DNA of 60,760 bases, the filler included, from Basidiobolus ranarum (taxonomy: Eukaryota): NCBI GenBank assembly GCA_040143965.1. It is 5 parts of 5 records of this genome, joined end to end, with 100 filler letters (N's around TTAATTAATTAA, not from the genome) between each part and the next. Parts side by side here need not be neighbours in the genome. Positions count along the whole stretch, not along the records: positions 12,212 to 24,294 come from JASJQH010007443.1; positions 24,395 to 36,463 come from JASJQH010007444.1; 3 more parts are not named here. One strand, written 5' to 3'. Position 1 is the first letter of the stretch, and each line of letters begins with the position of its first letter. The position numbers and the translations under genes were made by a program. This document shows positions 12,929 to 25,131 of this stretch, piece by piece. The notes under the pieces were generated by a model that was not told the origin of the DNA, did not search any database, and saw only the letters and a list, made by a program, of their open reading frames with translations.

Positions 12929-15900
12929 CCAAATGGAAGTACATGTAGGTTGAAAATGAAAAAAGAGAAGGGTTACTTGAAAGGCAGAATAAGCGATAAT
13001 ACGAAAACACTAGAACTGAAGTAACGAAAGCACTGCAATGAATATAAACCTACGAAGGAGAAACAAAATTTCGAATGGAGGAAAATAAATGTATAAAAAG
13101 TGGCTGAGAAATTTCGGACCTGTTAAAACTGATAGGAACCAGGTGTTGACAGATAAGCTGATTGGTTAATACACTTGAGGTGGTTTTAAAATCGATGCTG
13201 ATAAAAGCATGGAAGCTATAGAAATTTCACCAGGTCATTTTAAGTAAAGCTTAAATGTTATTATGAAATAACATCTCACTCTCCCATGAATGCAATGTTA
13301 TACGAATTGCCATGCTATAGTCTATGCTAAAACGTTACTAAGATGCTGACCTGTTGGTACCTTTCCATCCATCTACTCGCTTGGCAGTCCCGCCCTACAT
13401 GAAAGCTCACATCCTCGATCCAACTTGAACAGCGCAGCGTTGCTAGCAAAGTACTAATCAATTGTGCGAAGGTAGATCAGTCTTGGCCATCAGTAATTAT
13501 TCATTCACTAGTTGTTATGATTAACCTGGGTCGATAAACGTCACACTTTTCACCTCAAGCTTGACAGATACCTGATCTGCTTTCTACGAGGCAATACACA
13601 AGTACCGTGATTAATAGCATCATGTGGTTTGAGGAAATATGGCTTGTGAGACCACTGGAGATTGAGCTTTTCCCTAATACCAGTTACATTTTGTTCTACA
13701 AAATAACCTCCTACGATTGGCTTGGATCTTTTCAGTGATTATGATACAAATCAATTCGTAGTTCACATAAAACGTTTCAAGCTCATATATTCACTAAATC
13801 TTGACCTAGTCCGCGAGTAAGTAGAAAAGGCTGGTGACCGTATATTATACAGCAACATCGCACACATCAGTCACCGATACATGGCGCGCAGATGAGGTTA
13901 TCGTTAGTTCTACAAAGAACTGGTATAGCAAGAGTGGTCTTTTCGAATCTAGAATTGGTGTGATGACCATGCATCCTGCTAAATTATAACAAATCTTCCC
14001 CAGAAAACTGGTATATTCGAAAAAGGGCATCTCTTGATTGAGATACGAAAATTTTCGAGAAAAACCAGATTTTCCTAGCCTCTTTTAACGTCCCTTATTA
14101 ACCTATGCTTTCCGATTTGATTTATCGTCACTCTTGGTAAGTGATCGATCAGGTTTCCATGTGGTAAATTTGTGCCGCCCAACATTGGCTACTGTAAGTT
14201 AGGTACTTAATTTCTCAGGTGGGACAGTAGTTTGGCTACCTCAATCACGTTGAAGTAATGAATATGCGAGAGAATTCTCAGGGTGGAAGTATTAGGCGCA
14301 ATCGCAAATGTAAGAGAATATCAATGTTGACATCAGCGCATATCACGAGTAAGTTTAAAAATACTCGTGTGATATTGTGCAAATACTTTCATTTTCCAAA
14401 GCAACAAGCTCTCACAGGATACTGCATTGGCGTTTAAGTAATATGTCCATGTAGCAGGATAATTCTTTGGAGCACACACTCCTCCTTTTAGGTTTTGGCT
14501 GAGTTTGTGCATCCTGTGTTAACCGCGTAAATAATCCAGCAAAAAATACCGAGTATTTCTATTGTAGAATGCTCTCTGGTACTTCTATGCTTCGCATTGT
14601 CCTGTCAACGGGTTGGAGAATGTTAGAAGATCTCATTGATTAAATCGATGCTAGCTTAACCACGAGATGCAGGGATACTGGAAACAAGATAGCGCGTTCA
14701 TTGACAGACTACACTTAGAGTCGTTTAGTCATTAGATTTCAAGGTGATGGTCGAAAATGTTCAAAGAGTTTAGCCACTGGTTTTCATCGATTACTACGTA
14801 TCACTGGCACTAGCATTTTGTTTAGTTCATGGCCTATCGGTTACTTGTTCTGGTTGAATCTCCATTAGTCTAGGTTTGAAAGCTAGTAGCCAGCAGATAT
14901 AGGTGAAAAGTATTAAATCATTCCAGAAGCAGATTCTTTGCGCACCTGCCTTATTTGGGTCAGTTCTTGATCTGAGCGCCATCCACTTTAAGTACATGCT
15001 TTATCACAATAAGTGTGCAGCAGTGTGTGGGCCTCTATTGATCATCTGTGTTCGATATCTTGATATTTTGAAATCTGATCTTGGCTTAATGATTGTACCA
15101 AGAGTGGGGTCAATTAACAACTCGTTTAGTATTTGAAATATTTACACAAACATTGAGGCTTTTGGATATCTGAAGAGATGCTCTGCCATTTACATCTCCA
15201 TAAACACATACTCCTTTTACATTCATTGGTGCGTCCGGAATATGATCCCTTATCTCCTCTTCCTTTGAGTCACCTCCATCATATCACAGTTCCGTCAACT
15301 CCGTGCTTAAGTAAAATTGTATTTCCCTCTACTCAATAGCAATTGCGATCTCTTGGAGACTTCAAGATGTTTGGGATTTCCCCAGCATACTAACTTGGAA
15401 TTCGAAAGATAGATTTCAATCTTGCGTACACAATCCGTTTCACCTAAACCCTAGTTAGACAGGCATTTAAAGCCCATCAGCATCACATGCTTGTTTTCCA
15501 ACACCACCACTTTCACAAGAAAGTCAGTCCTGTCATGTGAGGTGTTCATGTCAATGACTTGCCCCATTTATTGTCAAGTTGAGCAGCAATCGATTTGAGA
15601 GATCATGGAGGATTCGGGGCTTTTGGCTTAGTACTCTAGAGAAGCGTGGTGCATATCAACAAGATCTGTTCTATCTTCATTGGGATCCGAATCCTGACAC
15701 ATGAGATTGGAATCAGGAACTAGCTGCATTGCCACAAATAAATTTTTGCAGTTTCAAGTCCTCACAGTTCTAATGGCTGTGTCTGGGCAGACTCAAACGT
15801 AATGCTAACTCATATCTTTCCAGTTCAACAGCAAAACCTATCGGGGCTATTTACCGGAAGTTTGGTCATATTGAATTCTGGAATTAATAGGGGCTACTAC

Positions 15901-16875
15901 AATGGGGTGTTTACTGCAGCTAATTATTTTCTCGCGTGTAGCTGCCGAAGAATCCCGCAGTCGGTTTTAAAAGGTGGTTTTACATAAGAAAATCCAGCAT
16001 TTTCATGTGAATAATATGCACCGGCTAGTTGAGCTTTGATTGTCAGGGATTCAAGCAGAGTTATTGATAGCATAATATATACGGATCTCAGTGCTAATTC
16101 TCTACAACACAATGTACAAAATAGCCAAAACACTCGAAATAAGCTAATATTGCCTAAATGTTTGATTGAAGGTGCTTTGCCATGTCCAATGATTGCCCAA
16201 GCGGTATGCTGGGTATCGATTGTGCTTCTGATTTGGCTTAGCCCCTATCTTACCTTGTTATTCATAGAATTAAGTGCTGCATCTTTCACTTTGCTGCTCG
16301 GAGTAGATCTTATGACTTCCATAGAGGCGCATTCTCAAAGCACTAATCGACTTCTTGCTTCTGTATTCGTACCGTTCTTGTGATGGACAAGAGTCTGCGG
16401 AAAGCAGTAGATAGCGAAGAGAGGTCACAGAAAAAACGTCCGCTAGTTAGCTTTTCCTTCGCTCGAGGTTGATGTGCTATTTGATTCTTGAAAATCAAGT
16501 GCCCTCAAATCAAGTATATTTTGAAACACTCTGCCGAAATGAAGGAGGTCGTCAGAATCTAACAAGATCAAAAGATCTGATTGATATTGGTGTCGAATAT
16601 TACTGTGGTACAGCAACCAATGAACGTAGTGGGAGTCTCCTCAAAGTTGGAGATCAAATCCGGACTCTATTACTGCGCTCATCATGGTATATAAAGGATT
16701 CATGTTGCGCTTGATGTATCGTATCAACTAATAATTCCTCCGTTCTCATTCAAGTTTATACCCTCTACTTACAATCCATTCTGAGGGACCAGGTGCGTCT
16801 TTAGCTCCAAGCGTACCCAGTTTAATTCTCATCTTCTCAACCGTCACTGTTACATCCACCTCAACAGATCTAAAG

Positions 16876-17448
16876 ATGATGAGAACCAAAACCATTGGCA
16901 ACACACAGCACAATCCTTACTACAAGCCACTCCCTCCCACTTTGATAAGTAAGTTAAATACACATCAGATTTGGCTACGGTCATTAGTAGCATTGGTAAC
17001 TAAACGAGAATTCACAGATTTCACCGCCGAGTCTATGTGCGGCCTTCTGAATACGAAAGATCGTCCTTTAACACACCTTTCTCTTCCAGAGCTCCTACTA
17101 TTCATTGAACGTGTTACTGAGCGTTCCCGTATAGATGCCATAACAGGCGTTGTCGCTCTTATATATATCTATAGACTGAAGGTTAAACTGCCTCGTACAG
17201 CACAGGGTGAATATGGAACCTCGCATCGTATTTTCCTTGCAAGCTTATTGGTAGCTTCCAAATTTCTTTACGCTGAGTGGGGACTAAGCAGTCGCGCCAT
17301 TGCCGAAATATCCGGCGTGTTTACCAATTCACAAGTGAATTTAATGGAGTTGGAATTCCTACGTTTACTGGATTATGATGTCTGGGTAAATGACATCCAA
17401 ATCAAAAAGTTCCTTGAGAATTATAAATCTGAGCTATGTTTTTTTTGA
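16876..17448 (+). CDS. Pho85-type (Pcl1/Pcl2-like) cyclin
   Basis: Cyclin-box motifs VALIYIYRLK..LP, HRIFLASLLVASKF and FTNSQVNLMELEFLRLLDYD. TATAAA at about 16690. Confidence 0.88.
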   Translation: MMRTKTIGNTQHNPYYKPLPPTLISKLNTHQIWLRSLVALVTKREFTDFTAESMCGLLNTKDRPLTHLSLPELLLFIERVTERSRIDAITGVVALIYIYRLKVKLPRTAQGEYGTSHRIFLASLLVASKFLYAEWGLSSRAIAEISGVFTNSQVNLMELEFLRLLDYDVWVNDIQIKKFLENYKSELCFF

Positions 17449-18399
17449 ATACAAACAAGAGCATATGTTCAGGAGTGAAGTTGTATCGTAGATAGAACAT
17501 ATAGGTGACAAATCTGGGCTAACCGCAACCCAAGCCACACTCTCAATGTATCTTTGATATCCTAAATCCAGTGCATTCCTCGCTACTCTAACACCGTGTG
17601 ATCTCGTGAAATCCTCACATGGAATTTTATCACTGGCTCTCAACTACCAGATTCGGCGATTAATACGTACCACGGTTTCTTGGGCTACTCAAATAGTGGA
17701 AATCTCTAAGAATAGAGCTAGTGTTTGATTAATTTCAGGCTTATGGAAATTTTAATTGGTGTGCATAATACCTCCAAATAGATTAGCTCTGGTGTATCAA
17801 CACTATACGTATGAACCATAGATTATTGGTAATTACATCATAGTGTTTATTCGACTCTATTGAGCATTTAACGAACTTGGGGTTACCCTAACACCTCTAG
17901 TTACATACACTCGAAGCAATGCCATATAGAAACTCAACTTGACTTAATGTAAATTTTCGCTACCAGTAAACATTGGTTTTGTGATTTGTCATCTTGGTAA
18001 TAAATCTTGAAAGCATACTAATTCTCTTATGAGTCTCACCCATTCACCATAAACACAATAAACAGTCACTTATTGTTATCTACAATTTTTGTATTTCAAT
18101 GATCATCTACAAAGAGTCCTTGGATTGTCATTAAAGCTAGTAAACTGTACCATGCCTCCTACAATTCCTTTGAGTTAGCTAGGTTTAATAATAAAGAATG
18201 CATTTGCCAATATTTTTGAGTGTTACAAAATCAATGAATAAATGCATATATTTATTATCTTTGTAAAGCTAATCCACAAGTTTTAGTTGCTGTATAGAGC
18301 CTTAATATTCCGCTACATGATACAAAACAACACTATGATCACAAAGTTATTTTATCACGTATTCAAGATAATACAAGATATCTTTTGATCTCCTCTATA

Positions 18400-19190
18400 G
18401 AAAGAAGAGATGAGCCTCACCCTATCTAAAAGCAATTTGAGTTTTGATTGGAAGACACCAACTGATACAATTTGCTTGTACAGTAAAACAACTAGTATTA
18501 GCCCTTGATATCTTGTGTGGCCACCAGTCTGAGAGTGCCAGTGCTGAGTGCACCAAGTCAGAGGACAAAGTACCTCCTGAGAGAAAACCCAAGAAGAAGA
18601 AAGGATATTAGGAGTTGGCCAATCTACATGCCAAACTAGCAACCTATACATTAACAGAGTGATCAAAGCATGATCTAAGCTTCAAGATCTCTGTAAAGGT
18701 TTAGCTATTCTCCTCCAGAAGGCTAACCAACCAGTTCAACCTTGACACATGGCATGCAAGCCTCATTCACAATATGTGTGGCAACCACACACACCAAGCC
18801 TAAGAATACAAACACCAATTCCATGAAGGAGTGCAGTCAAGATCTAGAATGCTTCAGCCCTCCTTTCTGCTGTTCACATGGGAAGATGTGCTTCAAAAGC
18901 CACAAGATCAGGCCTGCATGGAAGACAGATACTTTTTCTCATCCGGAAGTTGTTGAATCAGACAAAAGCATCAGTACATATTATCAACCTGTTGAAATTG
19001 GTCCCCATGCTTGTCAAGAAGCTCCTGGAAGGACTTCAAGAAGTGACCACCCTCAATGTCAGTTATATCACCTCAAACAAACCTCCACAGAGAACCTAAA
19101 AAGGTACTATGGCAAAAATAGAAGTACATGCACTCATTGATATGGGATCCTCCAGTATCATCATGTTTGACTTGTTAGTACCACTGCTTT
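18400..19190 (+). mobile_element. Degenerate Ty3/gypsy-like gag-protease remnant
   Basis: Broken frames contain a zinc-knuckle-like ICGNHTHQA and, at about 19103-19180, GTMAKIEVHALIDMGSSSIIM (retropepsin ALIDTG motif with T to M). CpG-depleted. Boundaries approximate. Confidence 0.6.
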
Positions 19191-19200
19191 AGCTAGATAT

Positions 19201-20160
19201 TGTTAAAGTAGTTCGGAGCCTGTTGGAAGTAGTTTGGGGTATTAGAATAATTAGTGGTTTTAACTAATTGATTTGTTGCTGTGAAAGTTGACATACATAG
19301 TTCTGTCAAGATATAAATAAACTGACATGCAAAGTGCTTCAAGGAAGATCCCATGAATATGCACACAAAATTTGGAGCTTCTAGAACTAGTTTAAAACAA
19401 TCAATACATCTCAGAACATCAAGGTAAATTCCATTATTGATCAATTGGTAACATCTTGGTTCAATAAAGGATTGCTAATTACTAAGCTATATATGATTAT
19501 ACTAGTATTTAGGCAATCTAGGTTGCAACACTCTCCTTCAACTAAATAGTTATATAGACTAATCCAGAGGAAGGCCCAAATTTCTCAAATTTCCTCTGGT
19601 CAAAGGTTTGGTTAATATAACATCAATCATGTTTTGTGCAGAAAAATAAGTCAAGTCAATAAGCCTGTACTCTGAAGTTTCTCAAGTACAATGATGTCCA
19701 ATAAAGATATGCTTGCTTCTAGTATGAAATGTGGGGTTTCTAGCTAATTTTATACAAATCTGATTATTGTCAAATATTGTAGTTGGTATATTTTGAGAGT
19801 AGCTCCAATCAGTTCCTTTATCTGCTTTTTTGTTGCTTCAAAAGCAGCCAGGTAGGTATTCTGCTTCTGTTGTTGAAAGTGCTACGGTTAGATATGTCTT
19901 TGAATTCCAAGATATAGCTCCATTACAGCAATGATTTGATCATATCCCTAATTTGAGGATATTAGCACACACCTCCCACAGAGTATACAATATCCAACCA
20001 TGTTCCAACCAGAATATATATCAAACTACCAACCATAGATTGATAAGGAAATTTCAGGCTTTCATTTGAATTCAAGAACATCTGATTTGAGCCATTTTTG
20101 GTCAGGTTACAATTTGCCTCTGTGGCATAGATATTGGATTTCATTCTTGCATTTCAAATC
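19201..20160 (-). mobile_element. Ty1/copia retrotransposon remnant: RT/RNase H end, polypurine tract and 3' LTR
   Basis: Minus strand PYQSMVGSLIYILVGTWLDIVYSVG, NGAISWNSK...VALSTTEAEY, DNNQICIKLARNPTFHTRSKHI and TKPL. Then purine tract GAAGGAGAG directly followed by TGTTG (LTR start at 19530; far end about 19201-19221). Confidence 0.9.
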
Positions 20161-20550
20161 TTTGCTGCAATTTAACAAGGAATAATCACTCAAATCCAAC
20201 TGGACAATGTTTGCAAAATCAGTATGTGTGTACTGATTTTGCTGCAATTTAACAAGGAATAATCACTCAAATCCAACTGGACATTATTTGCAAAATCAGT
20301 ACATATGCACTGATTTTGTTGTGATTTATTAAGAAATATTCACATAAATATGTCTTGATAACATGAACAAAATCAGTATGTGTGCACTGATTTTGTTGCG
20401 ATTTAACAAGGAATAATCACTCAAATCCAACTGGGCAATGTTCACAAAATCAGTACATGTGCACTGATTTTGTTGCAATTTATCAAGAAATATACACACA
20501 AATTTATCTGCACAATATTGTCAAAATCAGTATGTGTGCAATGATTTTCT
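20161..20550. repeat. Tandem array, 5 units, 77-bp period, each with palindrome CAAAATCAGT-N8-ACTGATTTTG
   Basis: CAAAATCAGT at 20214, 20291, 20368, 20445 and 20522. The intervening segments are of two types in order A,A,B,A,B. Confidence 0.92.
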
Positions 20551-20698
20551 GCCACATATGGTTAATAGTAAATGATTTAAACAAAATGACAATTGAGACT
20601 TAGCTAGTTGTACCCCTGGAATAATGATACTAGGGTAATTGAGGATAAAAGAGTTGTCAATAAAATATTCCACTTGCCTCTTCACCTAGATCTCAGTC

Positions 20699-21979
20699 AT
20701 GTCTACTAGTCTTAAAATCACTAAATTCACAAATATCTTAGTCTATGAAGAATATAAACAAGCCCTTGACATTGTCATGGATAACAAAGAACTTGTTGAG
20801 ACAGCTCTGTATATGCTAGCATTACATGACACAATGAAAGAGAGAAATATACAATACTTCTTGGATTGTGAGGACAATATTCATTTTGTCAATCAGGGCC
20901 AAGATTTTGTCTTGGATTCAAACTTTGTCTCCACCTCCACATGCAAGCATGCCAAACCGGAAGGGATGACGGCTAATAAAACCAAAAGTAATGCTCACAC
21001 TTCAGGTATGAGAAAGGACACTCTAACTATTTACAATAAACTTAGCTCAAGCATTGATATACAACCAGCTTCACAAACGGAAGAAATGAACATACTCTTG
21101 AGGTTGTCATTGCAGGCATATGACACAAATGAATCACCTTTGAACCGGGCGGTAGGAAGCCTGGTATCTATGACTGCATTGGAAACCCTTCAAAACTACA
21201 CCATTATTACTTCAAACCTACAAAACTTCTTATTTTATGTATCATACTGTGAATTATGGCAATCCTGCAGTCATGATACAATTACACTGGCAGCTTGTGA
21301 TAAACTCATATGCTCCAATATAAGATCTGCCGCCTCAAAAAAGGGATTAGAAATATCCATTGATGGTATATATAAATGATTGTTAGGTGGCATGTGTCTT
21401 TGGTTAATATGCCAACAAATTGGATATGGATTATTATATTGCCAAAATACCATCTCCAACAATATGTTAGCAAGACTACCTGTGACACAATTTTCATTAC
21501 TACTCAAACATATCTCTGACCACAAAGCTGACTTTCAGATGATGACAATAAATAATACCACCTTGGGCATACTAGGAACGTATACTGATGTCAAACACAC
21601 TTTTAGCAGCAATTTTGACCCCTGGATTCTGAAGTTGCCTTTGGGGAGTGAGCAACAAAAGAAATATGATTTGGTTCTGTAAAAACAGTCCCTAGATAAG
21701 GAGTTAAAAGATGTTCCTCCTCAAAGTCAAAAGGAAACTTGTGACAATATTCTACAAGTACACAAGCTATCAAGCAAGATAGCAAATTTAAAATCAACTG
21801 TATCCCCAACTGAACTTCAAAAAAGTCTAAAGACAATAAATAAGTTAACAGGCACACCTGTTGAGCCAGAACTTTGGCTTGAAAGTGTACATTCAAGTTC
21901 AGCAAGTGCTAACAATTCAGATGGTGACAACGTAGATAATACAACCAAACCAAGATGTTCTAAAAGAAGAAAAACATAG
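20699..21979 (+). pseudogene. Intronless 426-codon reading frame with two in-frame stops; unknown, probably mobile-element-borne protein
   Basis: ORFs 20699-21379 and 21380-21682 and the segment 21683-21979 share one frame, separated only by TGA (21377) and TAA (21680). Ends in NLS-like KRRKT. Strongly CpG-depleted. Confidence 0.7.
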
Positions 21980-22108
21980 ACTAAAGTAATGCTTATGGAA
22001 GTAAAATAAATACCAATCACATGAAAAAGCTTGTTCTTGTCATAAACTATTCTTATGCAACATATTATACTCATTTATATACTTTGTTAATATATAGATA
22101 GCTAATAT

Positions 22109-22348
22109 CACGTGACTGGCACATTGGCTTTGATGCCATCCCAATTGGACAAACTTTTCACAGAATCACCATAATACAGATTGCAAGCACGTGACTGGCA
22201 CATTGGCTTTGATGTCATCCAAATTAGACAAATTTTTCACAGAATCACCATATACAGATCCCAAGCATATGACTGGCATATTGGCTTTGATATCATATGG
22301 ATTGGACAAACTTTTCATGGAATCACCGCAATACAGATCCCAAGCATT
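22109..22348. repeat. Tandem array, 3 units of 78-79 bp
   Basis: Unit cacgtgactggcacattggctttgatg...gacaaacttttcacagaatcacc...tacagat..caag starts at 22109, 22188 and 22266. Confidence 0.92.
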
Positions 22349-23690
22349 TTATTTTTTTTGTGCTATTCAAAATTTCAGATGTTTTGCAATTGTTCCACCA
22401 TTAGTTTGCTGGTAAAGCATATTGATGTTGTTGAGTTATGTCTAATCAGTCAAATATGTGCATATGTAGAGACTAAACACAACAAGATTCTTGTATTTTT
22501 TGATTCTCATTATGGCTGGAATACCAAGCCTAAAATATCTAAATAAAGGCATGCATATTAATTCAAATTCCTACAGCAGTAAACCCAGTAATTTGCCATT
22601 CAAAAATTAGATTTTTGTGAAAATTGCCCAAAATTAAATAATGCATGCCAATTATGAGGATCAATATTTTAACATGTATGAATACTTTCAGAATATCATC
22701 ACAAAGCTGCCGTCAAACTGTCAAAATTCCTGGCAGAATGCAAGCCACCAATATTGTGATGGTTCTCTAATAGTTGTGTGATCTATAAGGGTGGATCCAA
22801 TCCACATCAACTCAATTTTATTTTTGTTATGGCCAACAATGATACAAGACCTTCAGAATGCTGTATTTGACCTAAAGCAAAATGCTGCTTCCTTTGTCCT
22901 TCTAATATGGGATTTGAACAAACCCCAGACCATATATATGAATGTCACCAACATAATCTAGCAGAGCAGAATATGTGTAAAAGGAACAGCAAAGGGGCCA
23001 GTGAGTTGAGGCTCCACTGTCTCACTGACCAAATTCTTCACCCCATTACCAAGATCTGTATTTCCAGAGTCAGATATGCTGGCAAAAAAGCTTAATTTCA
23101 CCATGGATCCATGTACACTAGCTGGAAGTGTGCCAAATTTGGAAGTTGATCTAACACCTGGCTCCTCTCAACAAGCTAAAACACTAGCAAATCAAATTCA
23201 TGGCTCTTCAACCTGAACTAGTACTTTTCAAATTATTGAAATTGGCCCAAAAGTTAGACGCAAGCAAAAGGTCACACCAACACTACAAAGCACCCTCAGT
23301 AGTGTCACACTACAAGGACAGATAAAAATAGTAAAAGTGCTTTAGGAGTATTTTCAAAAGTATGAAGGGAGAAACACAGTGCTAGTGTGCAGAAAGTGGC
23401 TTCAGAAGGAGAACATTCAACTTAACATTTAGTCTGGTGTTGACCATGCACATATCTGGGAAGAACTTAATACAGAGTGGCACAATACTGCAGGGTATCC
23501 ACCAGATAGCTGGAAAAGAGTTGATTCAGCAACATTAATACAATGGTAGGCTTTGATGGAGATATTGATATAAACTTGTGTCGGATATGAGTTAAACCTT
23601 GGGTATGGAGAACTCTATAAAAATATTCAAGAGAATGTATCAAAGAAAGTTGAGATTTTGAAGGTGACAAATTAGCATTCAAGTGATAAA

Positions 23691-24293
23691 TGTGTAAAAT
23701 TTGAGTTATGTTTTTGCACATGTGTAGATCAATAGTTCTCTGAGATTGTAGTCAATCATGTGCAACTATTTTAGGAAATCTTGGAATTTTGCTCCTTAAA
23801 CTGAAAAAATTGATTAAAATTAAACCTAACTTGACAATTTTATGAAGATAAGTAAATGGTCAATTTAAAATGCACTATAATGGTGAGGGTTTTCCTACAA
23901 TATCAATTGTCAAATTTTTGCTAGGTGGAGGCACTCACTTTGGGTCCATGAATTGGGTTTTGCCACAGTTATTGTGCTCAAGCAATGCAAAAACCCATGA
24001 GCACATTGAGCAGAGCTCTTTGTTGGAAGGTTAATATACTCTGGAGGTTCCTTAACCCCTAACAGAAATTTGAGGATTGTTATCGTAGGAATACCGTCAC
24101 AATTTTAATCCATTTGGGATTGACCGTTTACTTACCGTCATAAAATCGTCAAGTTAGATTTGATTTTAATCAATTTTTTCAGTTTCAGGAGTGAAATTTC
24201 TAGATCTCGCAAAATAGTTGCGAATGATTGGCTAAAATCTCAGAGAACTATGGATCAACACATGTGCGAAAAACATAACTCAAATTTTACACA
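23691..24293. repeat. Inverted repeat pair, arms about 175 bp (23691-23864 and 24119-24293)
   Basis: tgtgtaaaatttgagttatgtttttgcacatgtgtagatcaatagttctctgaga... is the reverse complement of ...tctcagagaactatggatcaacacatgtgcgaaaaacataactcaaattttacaca. The right arm is cut by the contig end. Confidence 0.9.
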
Positions 24294-24294
24294 A

Positions 24295-24394
24295 NNNNNN
24301 NNNNNNNNNNNNNNNNNNNNNNNNNNNNNNNNNNNNNNTTAATTAATTAANNNNNNNNNNNNNNNNNNNNNNNNNNNNNNNNNNNNNNNNNNNN
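24295..24394. other. Artificial contig linker
   Basis: N44-TTAATTAATTAA-N44. Confidence 0.98.
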
Positions 24395-24452
24395 GTACCA
24401 TACATTGACAGACTAGGTTAAGGTTCCCTAGCAATATAGGCAAAGCATACAA

Positions 24453-24525
24453 GGACTGATAGCTCAGTGGTTAGAGCACCTTGCTAGAGTGAAGGAGGTC
24501 CCAGGTTCAAATCCTGGCCAGACCA
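24453..24525 (+). pseudogene. tRNA-like sequence (pseudo-tRNA) in a repeat context
   Basis: 73 nt with A-box TAGCTCAGTGGTTAGAGC and perfect T arm CCAGG-TTCAAAT-CCTGG. Two mismatches in the acceptor stem, a G-G in the anticodon stem, and anticodon AGA (Ser) without a long variable arm. Confidence 0.75.
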
Positions 24526-24859
24526 ATATTTCTCTCTAAATAATTTCAACAGATCCTAATATGCATGAATCTTCATCTAGAAGTCTGCAAAATATATAAT
24601 TTAAGGTCCAATTGTCAGCCCTTATTGTTAGAGACTCTGAGACTGGCATGACAGATAATTCAGGACTGTAACTATGATATCCTGATCAGTAGTAGCTATT
24701 CCAATGCATTCTATTTCATCCACTGATATAGAGACTTAATTTGCCAGTGATTTTATATCTACCCCTGGCTTCATGTTTAAGTTAGAGAACTACCTGCTTG
24801 GAAACATCTTGTCAGCCACAGGGCATATTTGGTAGGTGTCTTACAAGGCTTTCCACATG

Positions 24860-25131
24860 TTGTTGGCAGTTTTGGCTCTTGAATGTTGAATTAGCAATTT
24901 GTATTTGACACATAAAACATGTTAAGGAAGGTCCAAGGAACATGTGTGCAAAGTTTGGGCCTTGCAGCACAAGTTTGAAAAATCTATATATCTGAGAACT
25001 TCCAAGTTGGTGTCAATATTCCAAGAAAATTCCAATTGAGAATAATGCGTAATATCTTAGTTCAATATAAAATAACTAAATACTAAGCTATATATGACTA
25101 TATAGGTGTTTAGGCAGTGCTAATTTCAACA
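24860..25131 (-). mobile_element. Copia-family LTR (solo or fragment), homologous to the LTR at 19221-19530
   Basis: 24905-25131 aligns by eye with 19322-19530 (aaggaaggtccaaggaacatgtgtgcaaagtttgg vs aaggaagatcccatgaatatgcacacaaaatttgg; shared actaagctatatatga). Ends TTTCAACA. Left boundary uncertain. Confidence 0.75.

Noticed and set aside
13000-16700. Short ORFs in long intergenic stretches (also 25.2-27.6, 29-31.4, 32.1-35.9, 38.5-42.4 and 44-48.6 kb)
   Set aside because: No recognisable motifs or consistent splice structure. Treated as chance ORFs, though decayed genes cannot be excluded.
20161-20550. CRISPR-like array of palindromic repeats with regular spacing
   Set aside because: The spacers are themselves repeated (A,A,B,A,B), the repeats are degenerate, the context is eukaryotic transposon debris and there are no cas genes.
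22860-22960. LINE-type CCHC finger remnant (CFLC...TPDHIYEC)
   Set aside because: Too short and degenerate to call without a profile search.
24453-24525. Functional tRNA-Ser(AGA)
   Set aside because: Stem mismatches, no long variable arm, no Pol III terminator, and an LTR-like flank.
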